DNA from: a virus | Virus genome (UHGV): UHGV-0337628 | Strand: one strand, 5' to 3' | Length of the DNA: 18,112 nucleotides | Shown here: piece by piece, positions 9,805 through 16,550 of the stretch | Layout of the letters: every line of letters starts with the position of its first letter | How positions within the stretch are numbered: position 1 is the stretch's first letter | Notes under the pieces: model-generated | The model's input: only the letters and a program-made list of their open reading frames with translations | The model's database searches: none | Told to the model about the DNA's origin: nothing | Position numbers and translations under genes: made by a program

Positions 9805-11220
9805 TCAACCTACACCACAAGGAATTGAGTAACTGGAATAGTCGGGTTGCGCAGCCGACTCCGGGCAATGCATACACATCATCAGCGCATCAGCCAGGTT
9901 AGGAGATGGAATACCGAGCTTCTGCTTCATTTCGACCTTAGTCATAAGCTCCAGCTTCCCGTTGTTATTGAATTTGCGCTGAATCTGCGTCAGTTCTGCA
10001 AACAGCTTCTCCAGCATATTCTCGCCTATCGCTTCTTTGTCGAAACTCAGCATGTCGTCGGGGTCTGCATACTCACCGTGGACAACCGCCCGATATGTCA
10101 GATACAGCCTGTCAGCCAGCGCGTAATAGAATTGCGCTCGCTTATTGCGGAATACATCGCCAATAGTGCGGACGTTGTCGCCCTGCACGACTTCATCAGC
10201 CCATGCTCCGGCCTGGTAAGGCGCATCTTCATCGAATGGCGATTCGCTACCCTTGAACATCGTGGCGGTGATTTTCTTACCGGAGAACGCTTCCGTTGTC
10301 TGTCTGCGTAGCCCGGCACCAACACCATCACCATCCCACAGGTAGTGGTCAGCGCCGTCTTCAATCGCCAGCGAAGTAGCCCAGTCAGCACCATCGTTGA
10401 TGTCCATCAGCAGACCTTCGGCAATGCGCTTAACTACCGAACCGTGGCGCGATGCGTAACCTTTAGCATCTGGCCCTGTATCTGATGGGTCATGCGCAGA
10501 GACAACAGCACCTTTCGCTTTCCATCCGAGTTTCTTGTGCGCATCGGTTGCGGCTTCAAGCCATTCACGTTTGATGATTGCCATATCACTTGCGCTTACT
10601 GGCTCACCAAGCCAGATGTGACGATACAGTGTCGGGTTTCTGCGTTTACACTCTTCCATCTCCAGACGGAGAACTTCAGGAAAGTGCGGGTTGTCGGTGT
10701 AGTTCACCGTCAGCAGACAAATATCATCGGGAGGATTTACGACGAATCGCTGATAGGTATCGTCGAGGATGTTCTTCGGGTTAAAGCTCACCCATATTTC
10801 AGAGAACGGCTTACGGATGGTTGGTATCAGGATATCCCATGATTCCTTCGTTACCGCCTCCGCTTCTTCCACCCAGCAGATATCAATACCTTCGAGCGAT
10901 TTAATCTTCGTCGGGTTGTTTTTTATTCCGTAGAACATGAATTCAGCATTCGTTCCGAGATGACGAATCATTGAACGCTGAATTTCAAACTCAGCCGAAT
11001 ATCCTTCACGCTCGATGGTGTCTTCAAGCAACCGGATTACAGAATCGCTGATACTGTTTTGCAGTTCACGAGCGCAGAGTATGCGCACAGGCTGCCGACG
11101 CGCCGCTTCAACAAGCAGTCTCGCAATTGCCCATGACTTACCGCTACCTCGACCGCCTTTGGCGACTTTGTAGCGATGCGCCTCAATGAACGGTTCAAAG
11201 ATAGGATTAATCGAGGTCAT
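9805..11220 (-). CDS. terminase large subunit (ATPase/nuclease), Sf6 gp2-like
   Basis: 471-aa ORF; Walker A motif KGGRGSGKS near the N-terminus; 4-bp overlap with the small-subunit gene; strongly resembles my recollection of the Sf6/CUS-3 large terminase. Confidence 0.9.
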   Translation of the reverse strand: MTSINPIFEPFIEAHRYKVAKGGRGSGKSWAIARLLVEAARRQPVRILCARELQNSISDSVIRLLEDTIEREGYSAEFEIQRSMIRHLGTNAEFMFYGIKNNPTKIKSLEGIDICWVEEAEAVTKESWDILIPTIRKPFSEIWVSFNPKNILDDTYQRFVVNPPDDICLLTVNYTDNPHFPEVLRLEMEECKRRNPTLYRHIWLGEPVSASDMAIIKREWLEAATDAHKKLGWKAKGAVVSAHDPSDTGPDAKGYASRHGSVVKRIAEGLLMDINDGADWATSLAIEDGADHYLWDGDGVGAGLRRQTTEAFSGKKITATMFKGSESPFDEDAPYQAGAWADEVVQGDNVRTIGDVFRNKRAQFYYALADRLYLTYRAVVHGEYADPDDMLSFDKEAIGENMLEKLFAELTQIQRKFNNNGKLELMTKVEMKQKLGIPSPNLADALMMCMHCPESAAQPDYSSYSIPCGVG

Positions 11221-11744
11221 TTTCCGAATAGAGTGCTCATCGGTGATGTTTCAATCTGGATTGCGCCGCCGTCTTTGCCTGTTAATTCGTGAGAAGCTTG
11301 TTCTTTAAACGCCTGAACAGAAACATGCTTACCAAGAAGTTCGAGGTTTTTAACCTTATCAGGCCATTTGATTTTCTTCAGAAGTGCGGCGCTATCTGCG
11401 GATACCATCTCCACGACATCCATTCCTGATAGCGTTGTGCGCCATACCTTAGGCCAGTCTTTAATTGGCTTTAACTCGCCGTTTTGCAGGAGAATGTCGA
11501 GCACATCCATCTGGTCGATTTCAATAAGGCGATTAAGTACATATTCTGCATTAATACCAACAAGATCATTGCGTTGCGCTTTCAGTTCGGAGATTCTTAA
11601 CTTGATATCAGGTTTTGACAGGTTTTCGGATGCGGTACGGTTAGCTGTCTTTGCGCTGTACCCCGCCCGAATAGCCGCTTGCGTGGCATTTAAATCGATG
11701 AGGTACTCGCGACAGAACATTTCTTGTTTGTCGGTGAGTGCCAT
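11217..11744 (-). CDS. terminase small subunit
   Basis: 175-aa ORF immediately upstream of and overlapping the large subunit gene; N-terminal helix-turn-helix-like region (MALTDKQEMFCREYLIDLNATQAAIRAGYSAKTA) typical of small terminases. Confidence 0.8.
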   Translation of the reverse strand: MALTDKQEMFCREYLIDLNATQAAIRAGYSAKTANRTASENLSKPDIKLRISELKAQRNDLVGINAEYVLNRLIEIDQMDVLDILLQNGELKPIKDWPKVWRTTLSGMDVVEMVSADSAALLKKIKWPDKVKNLELLGKHVSVQAFKEQASHELTGKDGGAIQIETSPMSTLFGK

Positions 11745-11770
11745 TTTTTACTTCCCATAAGGAGATTGTT

Positions 11771-11953
11771 ATGAACGATGACTTTAAAACAGGTGACATT
11801 GTTAAACTGAAATCAGGCGGACCTGACATGACTATCAGGTCATTTTCATCTACCCACGGTAACTCTTTTCTTTGTCAATGGTTTGCTGGCAAGAAGCTTG
11901 AGCAAGGATATTTCAAACCGGAATCTCTTGAGCGCGTTACCCCAAAGCCATAG
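11771..11953 (+). CDS. DUF2158 (YodC-like) family small protein, 60 aa
   Basis: ATG at 11771 with a strong AAGGAG Shine-Dalgarno 7 nt upstream; product MNDDFKTGDIVKLKSGGPDMTIRS... carries the GDxVxLKSGGPxMT signature I associate with DUF2158/YodC. The track's 11738 start is an in-frame upstream extension lacking a ribosome-binding site. Confidence 0.7.
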   Translation: MNDDFKTGDIVKLKSGGPDMTIRSFSSTHGNSFLCQWFAGKKLEQGYFKPESLERVTPKP

Positions 11954-11997
11954 TCCCAAACACACCAACCTTAACTCTTGATGATATTTCATCATGG

Positions 11998-12237
11998 ATG
12001 ATGTCCGTTTTATCAACAGAGGGTTGCCTTTATCAGCAGGATGTTGTGGATTATCTCGTTAAACAACATAACGAGCAGCACCTCAAAGAAAATGCGGATG
12101 GCAACCAAGCGATATCAACAAAAGTGATTAATAAATTCAGGGTTGATAGCGGTGAAAGTGTTGTTTGGGTTAAGCCAGATAAGTACTGGCGTTTCCGTGT
12201 GCCTGAAGACGAAAACGGTCGTGAAGCTCGCGGTTAA
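11998..12237 (+). CDS. hypothetical protein, 79 aa (second gene of the plus-strand cassette)
   Basis: ORF with protein-like composition (...VVWVKPDKYWRFRVPEDENGREARG); same strand as and 44 nt downstream of the DUF2158 gene; followed by a hairpin. No clear Shine-Dalgarno, so lower confidence. Confidence 0.45.
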   Translation: MMSVLSTEGCLYQQDVVDYLVKQHNEQHLKENADGNQAISTKVINKFRVDSGESVVWVKPDKYWRFRVPEDENGREARG

Positions 12238-12250
12238 ACTAATCAACGAT

Positions 12251-12282
12251 AAAAGGCAGCATGTTGAGTGCTGCCATATTCA
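12251..12282. terminator. candidate bidirectional intrinsic terminator between convergent genes
   Basis: Perfect 7-bp stem GGCAGCA / TGCTGCC (12255-12261 and 12269-12275) with a 7-nt loop; flanked by AAAA on the plus side (giving UUUUAU on the minus transcript) and a T-rich stretch downstream on plus. Confidence 0.45.
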
Positions 12283-12312
12283 TCTCACTTATTTGTTATT
12301 TCAGGTTGAGCA

Positions 12313-12555
12313 TCATGCTCCGGTAGTGAACAGGTCTAACGCTTCCTTCGATTTACGCACCGCTTCGATAGTGCGGGTCGTGATATCCGAATTAGCGCCG
12401 CCTGACTGGAAGTGAATTTTGAATAGCTCAAGCTTCAGCTCGTCAGTGCCAATGAATTGAAATGCTTCTTCTGCGGCTGCGTTCTGGTTCATGACCAGTT
12501 TGTAAATCTCTAACTGGAATTTCTGTTCTTCAGTCATGGGAATAATCTCTGCCAT
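12313..12555 (-). CDS. hypothetical protein, 80 aa
   Basis: ORF with GGAG Shine-Dalgarno 6 nt upstream of the ATG at 12555; acidic, helix-prone product (MAEIIPMTEEQKFQLEIYKLVMNQNAAAEEAFQF...); family not recognised. Confidence 0.5.
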   Translation of the reverse strand: MAEIIPMTEEQKFQLEIYKLVMNQNAAAEEAFQFIGTDELKLELFKIHFQSGGANSDITTRTIEAVRKSKEALDLFTTGA

Positions 12556-12849
12556 TGTTGGCTCCGTTTATCCGTTAAAAGGGATATCAGTTAAGTTATC
12601 CCGTGTAGGGTATAAGCCATTGTCGAGACCACTCATTGAATGGCCTCTGCAATAACCGATGTCTTTCCATCAGTCCGCCACCACAAAGAATCTTTTTTGC
12701 CATAAGGCTGGAGGTTCATCTTTCAGTGGCTGCCAGTGTTATTTCCCCACTTTCTGGCTTGGGTTGCTTCGTGGTACTGCCATAACTGGTTGCCCAGAAT
12801 AAGCTCCGGTTTCATTATCAAGCCCACCCGCAGATAGGCTTTGTAATGG

Positions 12850-13137
12850 CTACTTCTTCAGAAATGATTCGATGAACTCACGCCGGGGATGACGATAGTT
12901 CAGAATATCTTCTGGCATCCTCATAAAGCGGTTGTTGCCGTCTTTGGCAGTAACGAAACAGCTGTGAACTCCGCAGACATCCGTTTTGATCGTGTCGCCA
13001 TACTCAAAAAGCAACTGCGCCATCTTCTCTTGCCATTCTTGCGGCATAGCCTCCATGAATACTCTCGGCATCACGCAGAACGACGCATGCGTCAGGCCAA
13101 ACCACAATTGCAGGTCTTTACGATATTCTTCATCCAT
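12850..13137 (-). CDS. hypothetical protein, 95 aa
   Basis: Internal ATG at 13137 preceded by AAAGG 8 nt upstream and by a terminator hairpin; product MDEEYRKDLQLWFGLTHASFCVMPRVFMEAMPQEW... The track's 13257 start is a TTG and would read through the hairpin. Family not recognised. Confidence 0.5.
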   Translation of the reverse strand: MDEEYRKDLQLWFGLTHASFCVMPRVFMEAMPQEWQEKMAQLLFEYGDTIKTDVCGVHSCFVTAKDGNNRFMRMPEDILNYRHPRREFIESFLKK

Positions 13138-13152
13138 CGTCTTTACCTTTGT

Positions 13153-13181
13153 TGCAATAAAAAGCCCCGCGAATGCGAGGC
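13153..13181 (-). terminator. intrinsic terminator-like hairpin downstream of Rz, immediately upstream of the 95-aa ORF
   Basis: Minus strand GCCUCGC-AUUC-GCGGGGC (7-bp G/C-rich stem, one G-U pair, 4-nt loop) followed by UUUUUAUUG. Confidence 0.55.
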
Positions 13182-13356
13182 TAAATCCTGGTATTTGTAA
13201 TGATCTGGCTCTTATCTCAACGCAACCCCTTACTGCGCGCCAGATGCTCAATATCAAGCATCAGCAATGAGATGTTTAATCTGGATTCACTCCAGAAGCG
13301 ATCACCACCCTGTCTACAGAGCCAGATGTGAAGGATGATGAGTAAAATTATCGCTA

Positions 13357-13824
13357 TCATCGAAGGCATTGCGTCCTGATGTATTCCTGAAGCGTTCTCA
13401 GTGCTGTTTGGTCGCGGATAATTCTGTCCCGGATACCGAGAACGTTTCGTCCAGCAACTGGAGAGAGTTCGACGGTGGCATCATTGCCCATGCCGGAGGC
13501 GCTGGAGGTTTCGTCTGAGGATGGCACAGGGCATTTTCCTTTGACGAGCACCCTGCCACCATTATCAAGCTTCCGCCGAAGAGCATCATTTTCAGCTTTC
13601 GCATCAGCTAACTCCTTCGTGTATTTAGCATCAAGTGCATCAGCATCACGCTGGCGCTGCTGCATGTCAGTAATGGTGGCGGTCGCCTGCTTCAGCTCAC
13701 TGACTTTTTTATCGCGCTGTTCTTTGTAGGTAATGGCGTTATCACGGTAATGATTAACAGCCCATGATAGGCAGACGATGATGCAGATAACCAGAGCGGA
13801 GATAATCGCGGTTACTCTGCTCAT
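13357..13824 (-). CDS. Rz: spanin inner-membrane subunit (i-spanin) Rz
   Basis: 155 aa; N-terminal transmembrane segment and first ~85 residues match my recollection of lambda Rz ([34 protein letters not shown]...[13 protein letters not shown]), then the C-terminal half diverges; start overlaps the R stop. Confidence 0.85.
   Translation of the reverse strand: MSRVTAIISALVICIIVCLSWAVNHYRDNAITYKEQRDKKVSELKQATATITDMQQRQRDADALDAKYTKELADAKAENDALRRKLDNGGRVLVKGKCPVPSSDETSSASGMGNDATVELSPVAGRNVLGIRDRIIRDQTALRTLQEYIRTQCLR
13398..13604 (-). CDS. Rz1: spanin outer-membrane lipoprotein subunit (o-spanin) Rz1, embedded in the +1 frame of Rz
   Basis: ATG at 13604 with AAGGAG Shine-Dalgarno; product [23 protein letters not shown]... 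has a signal peptide and lipobox (VAGC) and a Pro-rich stretch, like lambda Rz1; entirely inside Rz. Confidence 0.7.
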   Translation of the reverse strand: MRKLKMMLFGGSLIMVAGCSSKENALCHPQTKPPAPPAWAMMPPSNSLQLLDETFSVSGTELSATKQH

Positions 13825-14297
13825 ACCTCAATCTCTCTGACCGTTCCGCCAGCTTCTTTGAATTTTGCAATCAGGCTGTCAGCCTTATGCTCGAACTGAC
13901 CATAACCAGCGCCCGGCAGTGAAGCCCAGATATTGCTGCAACGGTCGATTGCCTGACGGATATCACCGCGATCAATCATCGGTAAAGCGCCGCGCTCTTT
14001 AATCTGCTGCAGTGCAACAGCGTCCTGGCTTTTGGGAGAGAAGTCTTTCAGGCCAAGCTGCTTACGATAGGCATCCCACCAACGGGAAAGAAGCTGGTAA
14101 CGTCCGGCTGCTGTTGATTTGAGTTTTGGGTTTAGCGTGACAAGTTTGCGAGGGTGATCGGAGTAATCAGTGAATAGCTCTCCGCCTACAATGACGTCAT
14201 AACCATGATTTCTGGTTTTCTGACGTTCGTTATCAGTTCCCTCTGACCACGCCAGCATATCGAGGAACGCCTTACGTTGATTATTGATTTCCACCAT
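13821..14297 (-). CDS. R: endolysin, lambda R-type lytic transglycosylase
   Basis: 158 aa; [23 protein letters not shown]...[23 protein letters not shown]... is essentially lambda R as I remember it; start overlaps the holin gene. Confidence 0.9.
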   Translation of the reverse strand: MVEINNQRKAFLDMLAWSEGTDNERQKTRNHGYDVIVGGELFTDYSDHPRKLVTLNPKLKSTAAGRYQLLSRWWDAYRKQLGLKDFSPKSQDAVALQQIKERGALPMIDRGDIRQAIDRCSNIWASLPGAGYGQFEHKADSLIAKFKEAGGTVREIEV

Positions 14298-14604
14298 CTT
14301 CTACTCCGGCTTTTTTAGCAGCGAAGCGTTTGATAAGCGAACCAATCGAGTCAGTACCGATGTAGCCGATGAACACGCTCGTTATATAAGCGAGATTGCT
14401 ACTTAGTCCGGCGAAGTCGAGAAGGTCACGAATGAACCAGGCGATAATGGCGCACATCGTTGCGTCGATTACTGTTTTTGTAAACGCACCGCCATTATAT
14501 CTGCCGCGAAGGTACGCCATTGCAAACGCAAGGATTGCTCCGATGCCTTGTTCCTTTGCCGCGAGAATGGCGGCTAACAGGTCATGTTTTTCTGGCATCT
14601 TCAT
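14281..14604 (-). CDS. S: class I holin / antiholin, lambda S-type (S107/S105 dual start)
   Basis: 107 aa; [39 protein letters not shown]... matches lambda S; Met1-Lys2-Met3 dual-start motif (ATG at 14604 and 14598). Confidence 0.9.
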   Translation of the reverse strand: MKMPEKHDLLAAILAAKEQGIGAILAFAMAYLRGRYNGGAFTKTVIDATMCAIIAWFIRDLLDFAGLSSNLAYITSVFIGYIGTDSIGSLIKRFAAKKAGVEDGGNQ

Positions 14605-15135
14605 GTCTTACCCCCAATAAGGGGATTTGCTCTATTTAATTAGGAATAAGGTCGATTACTGATAGAACAAATCCAGGCTACTGTGTTTAGTAATCAGATT
14701 TGTTCGTGACCGATATGCACGGGCAAAACGGCATGAGGTTGTTAGCGCAACCTCCTGCCACCCGCTTTCACGAAGGTCATGTGTAGAAGGCCGCAGCATA
14801 ACTATCACTGATGAATTCAGGACAGCCAGTGGCTACGGCTCAGTTTGGGTTGTGGCGGTCGGTGCTGAACTCCGACTTAATGACGATAGGCGTGTACCGA
14901 CGCCTCGTTTTACTTCCTCCGCTTTCACGGCTTCACCCTAGACCAGCTTTACGAAATCCTCGTAAACCTAACCGCGGCAGATATGACCGGCACGGTGTGC
15001 CATATCACGGACCGGCGGGTGTCTCGTTCACCTGATTAACGCATCAGCCTGCGTATTCACCACAACGATAAGAGTACTGCGCGGCACCTTTCACCAATTC
15101 CGCGAGGTCTGCGGGTTCAATGCTCTTACCTGTTG
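14605..15135 (-). other. untranslated late-operon leader, lambda-type
   Basis: About 530 nt without a credible ORF between the candidate terminator and S; the minus-strand sequence (e.g. ...CACGAACAAATCTGATTACTAAACACAGTAGCCTGGATTTGTTCTATCAGTAATCGACC...) matches what I remember of the lambda region between tR-prime and S. Confidence 0.6.
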
Positions 15136-15183
15136 TGCAAACAAAAAAGCCACCGTTGCAACTTAAGAGTCACTAACGGCAGC
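15136..15183 (-). terminator. intrinsic terminator at the tR-prime position of the late operon
   Basis: Minus strand GCUGCCGUU ... AACGGUGGC (9-bp stem including two G-U pairs) followed by CUUUUUUGUUUG; located just downstream of the Q gene and upstream of the lambda-like leader. Confidence 0.55.
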
Positions 15184-15186
15184 TTA

Positions 15187-15223
15187 CCCTCTAATTATGG
15201 CTAAATGGCTAATTGCATGTCAA
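15187..15223 (-). promoter_or_regulatory. candidate sigma-70 late promoter (pR-prime analogue) overlapping the Q stop codon
   Basis: Minus strand TTGACA (15223..15218), 18-bp spacer, CATAAT (15199..15194). The -35 hexamer lies inside the last Q codons and the -10 directly after the TAG stop. Predicted start ~15187, only a few nt before the terminator hairpin. Confidence 0.4.
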
Positions 15224-15719
15224 GGCTTTTAACAGCAACATGCTTAACTTTCTCAACACGTTTACGCATTTTGAAAGCATTTTGCATTGGTTGGTACAAA
15301 ACAAATAATGACGCTTTCAGGATATCGTCAATTTCGTTTCTACAGGTTGCCAGTGAAGGTTTTCTCCATCCCTCGCCACCACGCCCACACATCTTGCGTG
15401 GCTTTGCAGTCGCGTGATAGTAGGATGCAATTGCTCGCTTAGATGAACCATGAGCGTAGTAGCTGAGGAGGATGCCAAAGGCTTTCTTGTCAATGTACAT
15501 GACGGAATCGACGACCTGAGAAATCAACATTCCATCATCATCATTACACATTGGCCTTGTCATAACTCTTCCCGGCTCTACGCTCTCCATGAACTTCGCT
15601 ATTACGCTGCTCATGCGCTTTTCCAGGCGACCTGAATAAACCCATGCGCCCCACAGTTCAAGCCAGCCATTCAGCCACTCGTGCTGTTCTTTGGTGAGGT
15701 TTAGTTCTCTTATGCTCAT
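15201..15719 (-). CDS. late-gene antiterminator Q, P22 gene 23 type
   Basis: 172 aa; motifs WLELWGAWV and RPMCNDDDGMLI resemble the LERWGAW and RPQCCDDDAMI motifs I recall from P22 gp23-type Q proteins; immediately upstream of the late promoter/terminator and lysis genes; start overlaps the NinH stop. Confidence 0.7.
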   Translation of the reverse strand: MSIRELNLTKEQHEWLNGWLELWGAWVYSGRLEKRMSSVIAKFMESVEPGRVMTRPMCNDDDGMLISQVVDSVMYIDKKAFGILLSYYAHGSSKRAIASYYHATAKPRKMCGRGGEGWRKPSLATCRNEIDDILKASLFVLYQPMQNAFKMRKRVEKVKHVAVKSLDMQLAI

Positions 15720-15904
15720 CGCCTTCCCCTTTTGCCCTGTTTGACCATCAGGACGCCGTTAACTATTACGTGACGTTCGCCTTTGCTGTCTCGGTTGTAC
15801 TTGAGCACCGTTCCTCTTGCGCAGGAAAGCATCCTCGCCACTTCGGTCTGATTGCCTCGTGTCTGGATAAGAAGCTCTGGTATCGTTTGAATTGTGGCGT
15901 TCAT
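15716..15904 (-). CDS. ninH: NinH-like small DNA-binding protein
   Basis: 62 aa; ...TIPELLIQTRGNQTEVARMLSCARGTVLKY...HVIVNGVLMV aligns with lambda NinH (...KTIPDMLVEAYGNQTEVARRLKCSRGTVRKY...HAIVNDVLMV) as I recall it. Confidence 0.75.
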   Translation of the reverse strand: MNATIQTIPELLIQTRGNQTEVARMLSCARGTVLKYNRDSKGERHVIVNGVLMVKQGKRGRR

Positions 15905-16263
15905 ACGTTCTCCAGTTCGGTGATTTTTATTCCAAGCCTTCCGCCTGGTACTTTCACACCACGAATTACGCGAATGTCATCGAATTGCTCGTCGTCTTCC
16001 GCAAATCCGGCGTGGATAAGGGAGTCGAGTAAACCCTTCAGGATGTTATCGAGGTCGCGGCGGCGGGAGTCTGGAACGTCTGCGATGACTTTGATGCGGA
16101 GTCGTGATTTGGTGAAAATGTCTAACTTGAGTTGGCGGATGATTTGCTGAACGTCTTTTCGGTATTTCTGGCCTTTATCGCTGATGTAGTATTGGCTTCC
16201 CCGTCTTCGCCAGTAGGTGTTCACCGACGGCGGGTAAGGAAGCACAAACTGATATTCGTTCAT
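15901..16263 (-). CDS. rusA: Holliday junction resolvase RusA
   Basis: 120 aa; conserved ...DVPDSRRRDLDNILKGLLDSLIHAGF...DD...GGRL... motifs match E. coli RusA (120 aa) as I recall it; sits in the nin region where lambdoid phages carry either Rap or RusA. Confidence 0.85.
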   Translation of the reverse strand: MNEYQFVLPYPPSVNTYWRRRGSQYYISDKGQKYRKDVQQIIRQLKLDIFTKSRLRIKVIADVPDSRRRDLDNILKGLLDSLIHAGFAEDDEQFDDIRVIRGVKVPGGRLGIKITELENV

Positions 16264-16550
16264 GGCTTAATCTTCCCCTCCTTCAGCAGGATCGCCTGCG
16301 TCCTGATCACGCCTTCCAGGTGGTAAAGTCTGGCGTCTTTGTTGTCGAGGTTATGGGTGCGTCGGTCGATTTCATCGTGACACGCGCTACAAGCCCATGC
16401 GCCGATCAGGTCGTCAGGCTTCATTCCCGTTCCGCAAATTCCAGCCATCCGGTAATGTGCCAGAACTGTAGTTTCAGGATTGCCATTGCATACGCCGTAA
16501 ATACGTACCTGACATTCTCTGCCGCGCGCTTCTTTGCGTAGGTTAGCCAT
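16260..16550 (-). CDS. YbcO-like (DUF1364) Cys-rich protein
   Basis: 96 aa with several Cys pairs (CQVRIYGVCNG, CSACHDE); position directly upstream of rusA as ybcO is in the E. coli DLP12 prophage; family assignment from memory. Confidence 0.5.
   Translation of the reverse strand: MANLRKEARGRECQVRIYGVCNGNPETTVLAHYRMAGICGTGMKPDDLIGAWACSACHDEIDRRTHNLDNKDARLYHLEGVIRTQAILLKEGKIKP

Noticed and set aside
11738-11770. Upstream extension of the DUF2158 ORF to 11738
   Set aside because: The ATG at 11771 has a near-consensus AAGGAG Shine-Dalgarno; the extension would start inside the terS start region without one.
12556-12849. Tiny ORFs of 22-30 codons on the minus strand in the spacer
   Set aside because: Too short, no convincing ribosome-binding sites and no recognisable signal or lipobox features; kept only as part of the spacer finding.
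12850-13257. Longer 135-aa version of the post-Rz ORF
   Set aside because: Its start is a TTG with no ribosome-binding site and it would be translated through a strong terminator hairpin; the internal ATG at 13137 has an RBS and sits right after the hairpin.
14811-15035. 74-aa plus-strand ORF in the late leader
   Set aside because: Falls in the leader region that I believe is homologous to the non-coding lambda leader between tR-prime and S; product is Arg/Pro-rich and non-protein-like; no ribosome-binding site.
14620-15135. Possible tRNA genes between Q and S, as carried by some lambdoid (Stx-type) phages
   Set aside because: I could not find a cloverleaf-compatible segment or conserved T-loop/anticodon-loop motifs by eye; the region instead matches the lambda leader. 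A tRNAscan run would settle it.
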